A stretch of 63,727 nt of DNA, filler included, from Reticulomyxa filosa (GCA_000512085.1; 17 parts of 17 records of this genome joined end to end with filler, not necessarily neighbours in it), one strand, 5' to 3'. Shown: positions 11,857 through 25,287, counted from the whole stretch's first letter. Program-made: numbers and translations. Notes: generated from the letters alone by a model not told the origin.

Positions 11857-14800
11857 ATGGCATTGGAACAAAAGAATACAGAGATTGCCAAGTGTCATGT
11901 CGAGAATATCTCCAAACCGACAGTTTTTCCCTTTCCATATACCCCCTATCCTCCCCAACAACAATTGATGGAGTGCCTGTATCGTACGTTAACTGACGGA
12001 GGCGTGGCAATTTTGTCAAGCCCGACAGGAACGGGAAAGTCTTTAAGTATCATTTGCAGTTCTTTGCACTGGTTATTAAGTCAATCCAGCCCTGCACATA
12101 CAAACAAAACTGGTAAGTGTTGAATAAGACTCACCTCGAAGAGCGAAGGAATCACACACACACTCACCCAATCACAAAAAGATCAGTCCGAAAAAGAAAC
12201 CTGCCAGATTGGATGACGACTTACTTGATCAGCAAAAGAAAAAAGAGAAGTTTAGTTACTTGTCAACTTTTTGTTATTTCAGCATCAAAGACTGCAGACA
12301 ATATTTGTACAGAAAAAAAAGACGCTCTCGCTTTCACACATAAAAAAAAAAATTGTTGCAGGAGCAAACAAGACAGAAAAAGCTTGAAATATTGGAGCAA
12401 TATGAACAACTGGAACGAAACGCAGCAAACAAGAAGCGAAGATACAATCACACGTTTGGTTACTCTTTGTTATTTTCATGGTTGTTTTGTCCCAATCTAT
12501 TGAAACTCTTCCCTCTGTACAAATAGCAACGGCGAAGGACTGCCCGCCGGAGGCACTAACCAAACGGACACCAAAAATCGAAGTGTGAATGAATGGATGG
12601 TGTGTTCTAGTGTTATTTATTTATTTATTTATTTTTTTGCAACCAATCAAAAAACATTTGAGTTGTAACGTTTTACAGAAAACATTTGGGTTGTAACGTT
12701 TTACAGAAAACATTTGGACTAGAATCATCGTCAACCAACTCGTCAGCAATGACTGAAGTAGCTTCCAGATGTCGAGTTATATTTGTTATTCTATGTGCAC
12801 ATACACATATGTATATATCTAGAGAAGCACGTTCACAAAAAAAAAAAAAAAAGACCCCGCAAATAATTTATTGCTCTCGAACACACTCGCAGCTACAACA
12901 ATTTATAAAAGAGATTCGCAAGACCAAGTTTAAAGACGACCAGTTGGAAATTGTCCATTTGGGCTCACGAAAGCAGCTGTGTGTGAACGACGACATCAAC
13001 CAAAAACAAGTGGGCGTGGAACACATCAATGAAAAGTGTTTGGAGATGCAGCAGAGTGCCTCTGTTCCTGGAGAAGTCAAAATCCACGCGAAGAATAAAA
13101 AAGCAGCGACAGCAAAGGGAGGAGAGTCCACTAAGATATCAGCAGCGGGTCAAAAGAATGAAGCCGTCCAAGCGAAAAAAAGAAGTCGAGCACAAATGGA
13201 AAACGAGGCGAAACACGGAGCCAACGAAGCAAAGAAAAAGGGCAAAAAGCAAAGCAAGTGTCCGTATTTAAATGATCGAATCGAACAGTTTTCGCTGATG
13301 TCAACACTGGAAATGCATGATATCGAGCAGTGCTTTGAGTTGGGCAAAAAAATGAACGCATGTGCTTATTATGGCATCCGCAAAAATGTCGCCACTGCTC
13401 ATTTGATTGTTGCGCCCTATAATCTGCTTATTCAGGAAAGCGCACGAGAGTCGCTTGGAATTCAGTTGAAAGACAATGTTGTCATTATTGATGAAGCACA
13501 CAATCTCATTGAAACAATCAATGTTATAAGCTAAACGAAGCAATGATGGTGGAGTGAAGGAGGAGGGAGGGAGGAAAAGAATAATAATATTACAACTTTC
13601 TTGCACATACATATATACACATATACATATACATTTATATATTTATATATTTATATATATATATATTTTTTTTTTTTTATTATTCGTGGGAAACTTAGGC
13701 AACGCATACATTTTGCGTCACATTGCAAACATTACAACTGGCCCATGATTTAGTGAAGCAGTACTTTAGCAAGTATGAAAATCGGTTCAAATTTGGCAAT
13801 GCTGCAAGACTGAAGCAGCTGTTGAAAGTGTTGGAGGCTTTTCTCCACTACCTGGGAGAAAGTGGTGTGCAAGATAAAAGCACGGCGTTCAACGGTGGCT
13901 CTTTCACCGCTGTTGTCGTAAATGGAGATGATATGTTGTTCGATATGAAAATTGATCACATGAATTTCTATGAGTTGACTGACTTTGTTGAGCAACACAA
14001 TCTTGTCAAAAAATTGCATGGGTTTGCCATTTCCAATGTCATTGACAACGCCGCTTCGCTTTCCAGAACAAAGTCACCATTAGCGTCTTTGACGAACTTG
14101 CTAAAAAGTCTGATGAACAAAGAAGAAAATGGAGCTGTTATTGTAACAAAGTATTCCGCAATCGAAAAACGACCACAGTTTAGTATTTGTAACATGGTGT
14201 TTATGATTTACAAGCTCGTGAGGAAAAGTGGCTGCTCCTCTCCCTTATTTTTTTTTTTTTTTTTTGCATTATTGAAGGAATGAACTCAAATATATTTTAT
14301 TGAATCCTGATGTCCATTTCAAGCGTATTGTGGACGAATGTCGCTCTGTGGTGTTAGCGGGAGGGACAATGCAGCCAACTTCGCATTTCGTTCAACAGTT
14401 ATTTCACCACATCCCTGCTGAAAAGGTTCACGTGTTGTCCTGTGATCATGTGGTGCCACAAGATCATGTACTGGCTGTCACGCTCAAGAGTGGCCCAAGC
14501 AATGTCAAATTTGATTTTACTTTCAAGTTCACCAGAGTATCTACACCTTGAGAAAAAGAAAATAAAACAAACAATTTGTCAATCAAAAATAATCGCACAA
14601 AAAATCCTTATATTTCAACTTATAGAAACCGTTGTGACACAAAGATGTTGAATGAATTAGGAAGAAGTATAATCAATATTGCCAAAGTAGTCATGGGTGG
14701 AATGGTGTTATTCTTTAATTCTTTTGATTACATGGACCTGGTTTTGAAACATTGGAAGCAACAGTCAGTCATTTATCAACAATTATCTGAAATCAAAGTT

Positions 14801-15520
14801 TAGCAAATTTGCCAGTAAAAAAAAAAAAAAATTGCTCTTTACGACATTTTATCATTGTGTACGAACCCTTCCACAATATGTTCTTTCAACAGACGGTGTT
14901 TGTTGAATCTCATTCCTCTGCGGATGTGGAGCCACTGCTGCTACAATATAAAGAGTGTATCTATCCTTTGGTTGAAAACAAAGATGATCATGAAACATCT
15001 AAGACAAGCCATGGCGCAATACTGATCTGTGTTGTTGGGGGGAAAATGTCCGAAGGAATCAATTTCCAAGACGATTTGTGCCGGTGTCTTCTCTTTCTAA
15101 TAACATTTGGAAAGGTTATGCTCATAACAATATCAATACACGTTTAATAATTTTAAAAAATACAGATGTGTGATCATGTGTGGTTTACCTTATGCAAATA
15201 AAAACGATATTGAATTGAAGCAAAGAATGGAGTATTTAAATAAAAAACTTGGTAATGATGCTGGTAACAAATACTATCAAAATCTATGCATGCGGGCAGT
15301 AAATCAATCCATTGGTCGTGCTATTCGACACAAAGATGATTTTGGTGCTATCGTTTTGATTGATCAGCGCTACAGTGAGAGGGACAACATTATCAATGAT
15401 ATTCCTTTGTGGATACAAAGATCTCTTTATCATGCGACTTCTTTTGGTGACTGCTTTCATAAAATTACAAAATTTGTGAAACACTGCAAATCCTTGTATT
15501 GCAAAGAAAAGGAAAAATGA
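11857..15520 (+). CDS. DDX11: Fe-S DNA helicase DDX11/Chl1, multi-exon
   Basis: [54 protein letters not shown] Fe-S cysteines, [43 protein letters not shown]. Confidence 0.96.
12651..12717 (+). repeat. 28-bp tandem duplication spanning a 3' splice site of DDX11
   Basis: AAAACATTTG(A/G)GTTGTAACGTTTTACAG at 12651-12678 and 12679-12706, plus a partial third copy at 12707-12717. Confidence 0.95.
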
Positions 15521-16432
15521 TACCAACTACTGTTTCAAAAAGTTTTTTAGATTTTACTATTTAATTTTTGCAAGCACGCAATATATTAATTTAACAAACT
15601 TCATAGTATTTGAAAATTCACAAAAAATATATAAGATTAAAATAAAAAATCCACACATTTTTAAAAGTAATTAAATTAAAAATAATTGGATATAATTTCT
15701 ATATATGAACAATCAACGATCAGTAATTCAAGAAATGGATGTTATGCTATTGTTACAAAAAGCAGTATTGTGGAGCTAATAAATGTTTAGAATTATCATA
15801 AAGCTGCAAAGAAATTCAAGAAGTCGAATGTGCTGCAATATAATTATCACTTAAAAAAATTTGATATGTGCTAAAATCAACTCAAAATTAGATCAGACAT
15901 ATGTCATAAATCAGACGAAATACAATGTGTTGCAAAAAAACTGAATACATTACAAAGGTGATCGATTTTCTGCTGAAAATAAATATGAAAACTAATTTTT
16001 ATGGTAATCTTAAAACTCTTTGATGCCTTTTAAATATTGTAATCTTTTTAAACAGCGTTTACATTGTAATTGCTCTCCAAGTTGTAATGGATAATATTTA
16101 TTTTTTTCATTTGAATATTTTTAAGTTACTTTTGATCCACTGCATTAACACGTCAAAAAAAGTGATATCTTTAAATTTAAAAGTACTCAAATCACAAAAA
16201 TTAATTTTAAAAAAACAAGGTAACAGCAACAGTTTATTGGCATAACTTTAAAGATAACCAAGATGACTCTACTGCAAAAAAAATTACGTAAACATTTTTT
16301 CTTGACATTATTTTCTGTTAACTAATTTAAAAAATGTTACTTTAATTTTATAACAGTATAAAAATTTGTCGCAATCAAATCTCATAATCGCTTAAATTTT
16401 AATAAAATACGATAATAAACGGAGCAAAAAAA

Positions 16433-18815
16433 ATGACAATAAAAATTGGCTTTGAGATGATGGATGAATGGATTTTTGATCGCCCCAAAATTGTACAAAA
16501 AAAAATGACAAATAAAATTATACCTCATCCGATGTGGAGTCTATCACCAATATCTCGTTCACACTCACGCTTCGTAAGAAGGTTAGATGTGATTAAATAT
16601 ATTTTGTTTATGGAGTTATTACCAATAATATCTTAGTAAAAATGTTGATGTCTATGATTAGTAGCACGTACGAAACACTCAAATTGGCTACAACTTCTTC
16701 ATTGCCGGATTTACATTCAACTCATCCCAGTGAGGAAAAATCAAAAACTTCAGGTTCAATGACAAGGAATATGTCTCAACCCCTTCCTGTAAAACCACAG
16801 TTAACTACTTACGCAACGATTTCAAAGTGTTTACCTGTTTCGTCAATAATCTGTCAAAGACCTCTGTCTTCAAAAAAAACGGGACAAGATTTGTTGCCAA
16901 CAGCCAATGTTGAAGTTTTGAAATGTAATTATCAAATCAATGATCTTTTGTTTATTTCGTTTCTTTTTTCACTGGGCTGTTTGCAGAAAGTAAAGGAAGA
17001 TATCACCATAAGGAAGGACACTCAACTCAAAAAACGCATTCGACAATATAACTTAACAAAAAGCCAGAGAGAAAAAAATAAAAGAGATACCAAAAAACTG
17101 ACGGAATCTTTACATTTTGGGCTACCAGAATGGTTGAAACAATCTTCAGAAAATCAAAAAGATAGATCTTATCAACAAAAAAGTAAATGGAACATTGTTA
17201 GAGATATAGTAATGAAAAATAAAAAGAATTTACATTTTGATAATTTACTCTTAACAAAATTCAATGATCTTTGTATGATAACTGGCCAATATTGCTTTGA
17301 CAAACAGAAACATTACCAATATCTTATCACACGGTTGCAATTGAAATATATTCTGATGAAGCAACTCACACAACAGCATTTCATAGATGGTACATTGCTT
17401 GAACAGTTGTTGCAATTTTGTTTTTTACAGCGATTCTCTGCACAATCACTCGTCTATTCGCAACATGAACCACGCGAACACATTTATATTGTGTTGAGCG
17501 GAAAATGCACACTCTTCACGAATAAAGAAAGCGTAATATTGCAACAACACAAGTCCAACAGGTATCTAAATATCTAAATTTTGTGTAAAAAAGAAAGCTT
17601 TGCAAGTTATGGGGGGAAAAAAGATCACTCGAAAAACTTGATCCAGCTATTTTTACAAAATGTGTATTCAAAAAAGCACATTCTCTCATCGGCACAAAGA
17701 TTAAGAAATCTGACACTAAAAACTTCTGGTCAAACAATTGTATTTGTTTGGAAAACACCTTGATGTTGGTTGTACCACTGGAAAAATGGTGGCTTATCAA
17801 CGGCATGTTGATCAAAAAAAGAAAAAAATGTCGGAACTACTAATTAAAGAGATTGAAGATATCTGTGACATAAGTTTGCCCAGCGATGAAAAACAGCAAA
17901 TTGCTCGTGTGATTGAGTACCAACGATATACCAATGGAGAGTACGTCTATTATCAAAACACCGCGGCAAAGCACTTGCACTTTATAGTGGAAGGAAACGT
18001 AATGCTGAGCAAAGAGATAGTTGTCGAGCACAAAAACAAATACCCCATTTGTTTTGACACGTGGGAAGTAAAGAAGTTCATAAGATCATACCATGTGTCG
18101 GTGGATACATTGGATTGCAAAAAAAAAAAGTACTTTGGAATGGAGTGTATCAGTAATAATGCTAATTATGCGTGCACCAGGTTTGTTTACAAAACGAATT
18201 ACTATAAATTTCAAAGTTTACGCATAATTTCTCTTTTTCTTTCTTTTCTCTGCTCCCACTCCAAACTCTCTTACTTAAGAATTCAACTTAATCTAAAAAA
18301 AAGTTTATTGTTTCTCTCAAAAAAGCATTTGCATTAGCCCTGAACTACTTTTACTATCAATCGATATATTTCATTTGCTGAAATATTTTCCTCCTCGGTT
18401 CGCTAATGTGTTTTTAAGAAACGAACTTTCCTCACTTTGGATTACAACTAATAATGTCATTGATCTGTTTAAGTTCAAAATTAAAACGGGCTCAAAAAAA
18501 TATAAACGCACCTCACGCCCCAACAAGGTCAACAAAGCAGACTTGCTTGACATCTGCATGACCAGCCACAATATATTCGATAATGCCATGATCAAACACA
18601 TCAACTCGAAATTTCGGTCAAGAAATCCAAGAGATTATGACCGTATTATTGCCAAGAGCTTGCCCTTCAACAATACGGGGCAAAATACTTTCATAAATAA
18701 ATATTCAATGAACAAAAAGTTAGTGATATTCCATGCAACAAACTGTTTCCACATTACCCAAATCTTCAAAGTCAAAAAATCTAATTTTTTGCAAGATAGC
18801 TTTCATTTACACTAG
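16433..18815 (+). CDS. Protein with two cyclic-nucleotide-binding-like domains, multi-exon (ends approximate)
   Basis: LQRFSAQSLVYSQHEPREHIYIVLSGKC and YQRYTNGEYVYYQNTAAKHLHFIVEGNV..YFGMECI match the CNB beta-barrel pattern. Confidence 0.75.
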
Positions 18816-18861
18816 TGTTACAAAATTGACCATTTAAGTAAATATAAGTTGCAATATACAG

Positions 18862-19546
18862 TCAGTGACAACTCTTGACACCAACATTACATATTATGAA
18901 AACGATCGATTTTCTAAGTCAAAAATAAACATTCTTTCATTTTTTAAATATCTATAAATCTTCAAGTGTTCAAAATGTATTTCTTTTTTTTCAACAATTT
19001 TTTGTCAATTACAAACATTTTTATCATTTTCTACAACATTATTATCTTGCTTATTTATTTTTTCTTTGCAAATTTGGTTTTTTCATGCTTTTATTAGTTC
19101 ACTTATAAAATTTTAATTTTCACATATTGTTTTGTGCATTTTTTGGTCTTTTTTTGCGTGTTTTTGCAATAATAATTGTAATTAGAATAATATTTGAAAG
19201 CTAACAAAGATATCAATTTTTTTAAATCAAATCCTTTTTGTTTTTTTTTGCGGTCAGCCTATGTTAAAATGCAATTTTTTAATAAATACAAAAGAGTGGT
19301 ATTGAAAATTATAATGACATAATTAAAACAATTGTGTCTTTTATGGCTTGATGTTTTTCAAAATCTAAAAACTCTAAAGTGAAATGATAAAAATGTTTGT
19401 AATTGACAAAAAATCTTTAAAAAAATGAAATACATTTTGAAACACTTGAAGATTTATAGATATAGCAAAAATGAAAAAATGTTTATTTTTGACTTAAAAA
19501 TCGATTGTCTTCATATAATGTTGGTGTGTCAATACTTTTGTCACTG
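18862..19546. mobile_element. Non-coding fold-back/MITE-like element with ~170-bp imperfect inverted repeats
   Basis: 18862-19030 is the near reverse complement of 19381-19546 (e.g. AAGTCAAAAATAAACATT, ATATCTATAAATCTTCAAGTGTT, TTTTTGTCAATTACAAACATTTTTATCATTT). No target-site duplication resolved. Confidence 0.7.
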
Positions 19547-20584
19547 CTTGTAACTTTTAAAAAATTTGATTCTAAAAGAGATTTATCTTTAATTGTATGT
19601 GCAATCACATAACACTGTTTCCTAATTAAAGAATGACTCGTCATAAAAGAATACATTATAAAAAAAAATGAATTATTAAAAGTTATACAATTACAAATGA
19701 CAACATTTGACTAGATCAGTCAACTATTGTGAAAGTAATATTCAATGTATATGTAAATGGATTACATTATGTTTGATTAACCAATTATTAGTTATGGAAA
19801 AATTACGAAAAATAGTAAAAATTACGTTATTTCTACATTTTTTAAACGTTGATTAAATATTATTTCTTCGTCGAGAAAATAAATTCTCTATAATGTGCCA
19901 TTTTAGGTTTTATGTTTTTTTGTTTTACTGTATTTTTATCGTCTACTGTTTTGATAGTTGAGAAAATTGTGAATACTGTTTAATTACCACTCATTCGATT
20001 ATAAGTGACCTTGAGGGAAAGTCCCTATAATGCAATTTTAAGTATTAAAGGACGGTGGAACCCCCAGTGGGTTAAAACCGTCTTCAAATACAACTTGCTT
20101 TCGTCTTGTTGTTTTTACTCGTTTTTCTTATTGCGTTGTAATTATTTGTTGTTAATTTAATCCTTTTTACTGAAATTGATTTTTGGAACTAAATTCCTTT
20201 CGTATTACACTTAGTCCACCTCACTGTCCCTACAACCTGTTATTTTATACTGTTGTTCGTTATGAATTAGGCATCAATAACTTCAAAAGTCTAAAAAGGT
20301 TTCCAAAAGTGTTTTTACGTTTTGAAGTATCTGGCTTGAATTGTAGCATTGTTTAAACCCATCAATTTTATCATTTTTTTTGAACATATTGTAATACTTT
20401 ACAATTCAATCTAAGCGTCTCTCATTCGAATTAAAATTTAGTAAAAATATTTTAACTCCAATTTGACTTTAAAAAACAGTGCCTCTCTTTTTGTGGGAAA
20501 CCACGGTGATCAATAGAGGATTTTTTTGAACAATAATTGGAATTATCCAAGTTTCATTTGAGCATAGTGTCTAACGTGGAAAAA

Positions 20585-21609
20585 ATGTGTGACGGCAGCA
20601 ATGAAGTCCCCATACTGAGTTCTGGTGTTCCTGGTTCGATTCCTTCTAAGCACGTAGGTGTCGGTTTGTGTGAAAGCAGCCACAAAACGAGACATATTCA
20701 ATATGTATATAGATAACTCGTCGACAATTGCAAAGATTTCATGAAGATTTTGTAATAGTCGATATAAGAGAAGAAAAGGAGTTCGGCAATGATCAAAAAA
20801 AGAAATTAATAAGTGGTATTGTCAATGTGCCTATGGGTGTGATCCTTAGTTCAGGTATCAAAGGACAAAAAAAAACCAAAGGGTTACTTTGCTGCGTTTT
20901 TGCGAGAATTTCTCATGTGCAAGAAGTTACGATGACTTGTTTATATGTGTATATTTTTAATAAAGCCTGGCGTGCATCCGAGCATTCCAAGAAATTATTT
21001 GGTAATAAAAAGAAGATCTGTTTCGTGTGCCCCCGTGGAACGCGTGCAGATTTGGTGACAAGATGGTACAATGCAAATACTGCTTTCGATTGTTATACGC
21101 TCAAAGGAGGTTATTCAGCATTTGACGAACCTTTTGCAAAAGATGATGATTGGGTATACGTTTGTTGTTTTCGTTTGGTCATCTTTAGGACATGGTCGAA
21201 CATTTGATCCCAAAGTTTGAATAACAACACATATATTGCACCGAAATAGGTTGTTGTGTTGGCATATGGAGAAGAAAACCCTGAAAAAGTAGGACTGGCT
21301 TTGAATTTGGTCAATGCCGGAACTGCTAAAGGCAAAACCTCAACATTGATTTTAATGGCCAATGCTGTGTGGTTAGCCACGAAATCATTTCGTACCAAGA
21401 ACCAATTCAAATTATCTGACACGTTCAAACCTTGGGAAGAGCAGTTTGCCAATCTTTTTTCGAAACATGGACAATTAATTTGTTGTACGAGTTGTTTGAA
21501 AGAAAGAAAGATTAACGACGATGACTTAATCAAAGAGGCAGTGAAAATGCAAGGACCTGATTTGGTTGACATCTTGCAACACTCGGGCAAAGTCCTTCAA
21601 TTCCTATGA
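20585..21609 (+). CDS. Rhodanese + DsrE/DsrF-like fusion sulfurtransferase, 252 aa (exons 20585-20653, 20713-20854, 20966-21153, 21250-21609)
   Basis: Rhodanese motifs VIVDIREEKEF, VNVPM, ICFVCPRGTRA, TLKGGYSAF. DsrE-like motifs GEENPEKVGLALN, LILMANAVWLA, LICCTSCLKERKI..DLI. Three phase-compatible GT-AG introns. Confidence 0.85.
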
Positions 21610-21982
21610 CCAATTTCTTCTCTCCATCACTCTTCTTCGATTGTTGTAAGCCAATTGCTTTTTCTTTAAGGAAATAGTTCACTTGATTAGTTGGTCATCA
21701 AATTTTTTTTAATTCCAAAAAAAAAAAAAATTGAAATGCAGAAAAAAAATGTGTGTTAATAAATCGACAAATTCTTCTTGCACAAATTAAACGCCAATTA
21801 AGTAATAGAAGGAAAGAAAAAAAAATCGAAATCAATCACTCATGAATTGTGAACATTAGGATATTGGACATTTTTGACAAAACAACGACAAGACGAACCA
21901 AAAACCGACGAACAGCAACAAATGATAATAATAAAAATTTTCATTTGAAACAAAAGCGGAGATGTACGTCCCCTCTTTATAT

Positions 21983-23045
21983 TTAATCTTCGACATCATC
22001 GTCAGTGTTTGCATCAGTTGAAGAACGTTCTTGTCGAGGAATATTTTTAGGTTTGATGACTTTAATGTTTCTTTCATCATGTAAATCACTCAAATCCAAT
22101 TCTCCCAACACTTCACATCCATGAGATAAATCCAACTCCTTCAATTCCCGAAATGAATCTTCGTGAATTAACAGGCTTACAACTTCCATTGCTTTTTCTT
22201 TGTCAATTGACGGGTCTAAGCTCTGAAGGACGATAAAAAGTTTAAACATAGTGATTGTCGTTTTTTTTTTTTTTTTTGCCTATGACAAAAGATACAATGG
22301 AGATAACAAATCAAACCACAAAACATACAATCGTTAATTTGCGCAATGGCAACTTGACCAATGCTTTTAATCCATTAATATCTTTATTAGCTGTGATAGC
22401 ATGACAGCGACCAATATTGAGTTCCCTGACAGTAACCCAAACAACAACAAGCTTGTAACCAAAGCAAAACAAAAATAAAAAAAAATCAAATATAAAAACA
22501 GAAAGTAATTAAATTAACTGTAAATTGGGTGCTCTGATTTGAATTTTCCATAATGCATTGGAACCCAAACGACTACAAAAATAGAGATTAATGCTAGTTA
22601 GGTTTTTGTTAGGTTTCTCGCGATTATCTTTCTTTAATTTGCGTGGAGTTCTTCTTGACTTGTCTTTTTTCTTTTCGTCCGAGTCTGGAGCCAAGGCAAC
22701 CAAAATCTGTTTTCAAACATCAAATCAAATCAAATCAATTCAAATCAATTCAAGTGAGAGTGAGAGTGAGTTGTATATGCGTTATGTTTGTAGAAAAGCG
22801 ACAACAAAAAGAAAAACAAACAAATAAAAATACAATGAATGAACTCGGTCCAAATGAGAAGCCTTTAAATGTGTGCAATACCGCAATGAGAGTTCTGAAA
22901 CAGCGTGAAACCTTGGCAAGAATACACCAAAAAAGTTTTTTTCATCAAATTGAGGAGATCCAATTACTCCATAAAATTCACTCAAATCCAACAACTTGGT
23001 ATTGCCATAAAATCGGATCACTGCTGATTTCCACGAGGAACAAAC
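21983..23045 (-). CDS. Leucine-rich-repeat protein (FBXL/AMN1-type Cys-containing LRRs), 5' truncated, multi-exon
   Basis: VSELSLRYCTHL, NLTSINLYFCSRL, NLQ|LNIGRCHAIT, ELKELDLSHGC. Confidence 0.7.
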
Positions 23046-23093
23046 CTTTTATAATAATAATAATAATAAAAAATCTTGAACTTCACATCCTTG

Positions 23094-23124
<31 letters not shown>

Positions 23125-23497
23125 NNNNNNNNNNNNNNNNNNNNNNNNNNNNNNNNNNNNNNNNNNNNTTAATTAATTAANNNNNNNNNNNNNNNNNNNN
23201 NNNNNNNNNNNNNNNNNNNNNNNNTTTTGCAAAAAGCTAACTTTTCTTCATATCAAAGATAATGTATCATGTCATTATTATTGTCAGTATTCGCTGAACC
23301 TTTCTTTTTTATCTTATAATTGCATAATTCTATATCAAAAGTGAGAATGATTATGTGCAACGAGGTCTGATCATATACGGTTGAAAAAAAAGTTATTTAT
23401 AAGAACATTGATGTTCCTTCGTTAAATTTGGCAAGAATTGAAAAGTTGAAGTTTGAAGTGCTAAGTTGAAACTATCCTTCAACCCAATAATTCGGCC

Positions 23498-24590
23498 ATG
23501 TCCACCTTGAATGAAGTTCATCACTCAACGGAGACAATGCTTTCTACAAGCGCCTTGACAATTTACGTGACATAAATTTTGTCCAATGAGTTCGAAAGAG
23601 AGCAAGAAGGCCGTGCTTGTCCTTTGAGTCGATGGATACATACACGAGCAGTAGACTGAACAATATGGAACTGTTTCATGTGGACACTTCGAAACAATTT
23701 GGCGAGTCGTTTGCGAATGAAAAATTGCAAGAAGAATAAGTGGAAGAAGAGTTACGAAAGCGACTGTAGCAACAAGGACAAATACTCACTTTAAATCATC
23801 TATATTATATACATACATATATATATGTATTTATTTATAGATTGAATTTGAAACAACAATATCTGCTAATGCCAGACAACAGCCACATAATAAACACTGA
23901 GTAAGAAAGTTGAAACATGATACCATTGTCGACGACGTTGGACAATGGAGACTCAAACCGAAAGGCGAGAAGCGATGGCGAAGAGATGAAGACAACACTG
24001 AACCAACTGTGGAGCAGACACAATTTTCAAATCAGTTGGCCATATATAAAAAAAATAGATGATATATTTACTCAAAGTGTTGTTGCAATTTCAGCTGTCG
24101 AAGATGAAATAAACACTATTTTGGAAAAATTGAAAAATGATCTAAGTGCAATTATTCCGGCAATATATGCAGGAATCACATATGCTACATTGTGTTTATA
24201 TATTGTCTGTTATGTATCAAAAAATTAGAAAAGCAAAGTGACATAACAAAATTTGCAACATGTAGCCAAGAATTTAAGTTTTGTAATTTTGTTTGTTTGT
24301 GATTTTAATATATTTAATTTAAAAAAACAAATAATTATAGGAAATCGTCATATTATGAAGATAATACTTTAATAGGTTTAAGAGCCATATTAGTTGATTT
24401 TTTAAAAGTTATCAGATATAATATGTCAACATCATTAACACAAAATTGTAAACATATACCAAATTATTTTGAAGAATTTAGTGAAGATTATGAAGAACTT
24501 ACTGAAGGTTAAGAAAAACTTAATGAACTCGATGAAAAATTTACCGAAGATGATGAAAAATTTACTGCGAAAATATCAAAATCATAAATA
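23498..24590 (+). pseudogene. Degenerate coding-like region of unknown family
   Basis: Protein-like stretches interrupted by in-frame stops, with intron-like spacers. No motif recognised. Confidence 0.3.
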
Positions 24591-25287
24591 AATGGACACC
24601 AGAATCACAAATCTGGTGACATAGTCACAATAGATGATCTGATAATGTTGAAATTTCTGACGATTGAATATTTTAAATGTGTTGTAGATTGTATTTGGAT
24701 ATTACTGATAGATTGTGTTAACAGTTGCATTAAAGAATATAAAATTATAGATGAACTTCAATTTGATATAATATTTGTATATCTTAAAAAGAAAAAAATA
24801 TGTATAAATATATTATCTGAATCCTAAATTTTTTTACTGGCAGTGAAATCTATTAACAGAAAAGTGTTTTTAAGGATCTGTATACAACTTGTTATGAGAT
24901 TTATAATTTTGACAATTAAAATTGACAATTATTTATGCAACAAATGCTTGCTGGAAACATAGTTAAATAATATGCATTATGACATAGCAATAAACTAATA
25001 TTCCGCATTATATCAAGTTGATGTTTATAACAAACTGATTATTAATTAATAAAAAAAATGAAAAAACATAATAATATATTTACATTCATTTCGTATCTAT
25101 ATGCACATATCGAAAAAAATATAAAAAAAAAATAAGCATAACACTCTCTTGGCTCCAGCAAAAATATTTTCTAAATTATAAATAATAAATTTAATTATAA
25201 ATGTATATGTGATATTCCAAAAAATTAAACATAAATCACACTTTTAAAAATCATTACGTATTTGTAATTAAAAAAATTATTGTATTT

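Noticed and set aside
20630-20645. GGTTCGATTCC resembling a tRNA T-loop/B-box
   Set aside because: The flanks do not form a T-stem or cloverleaf, and it lies in coding exon 1 (PGSIP) of the rhodanese-DsrE gene.
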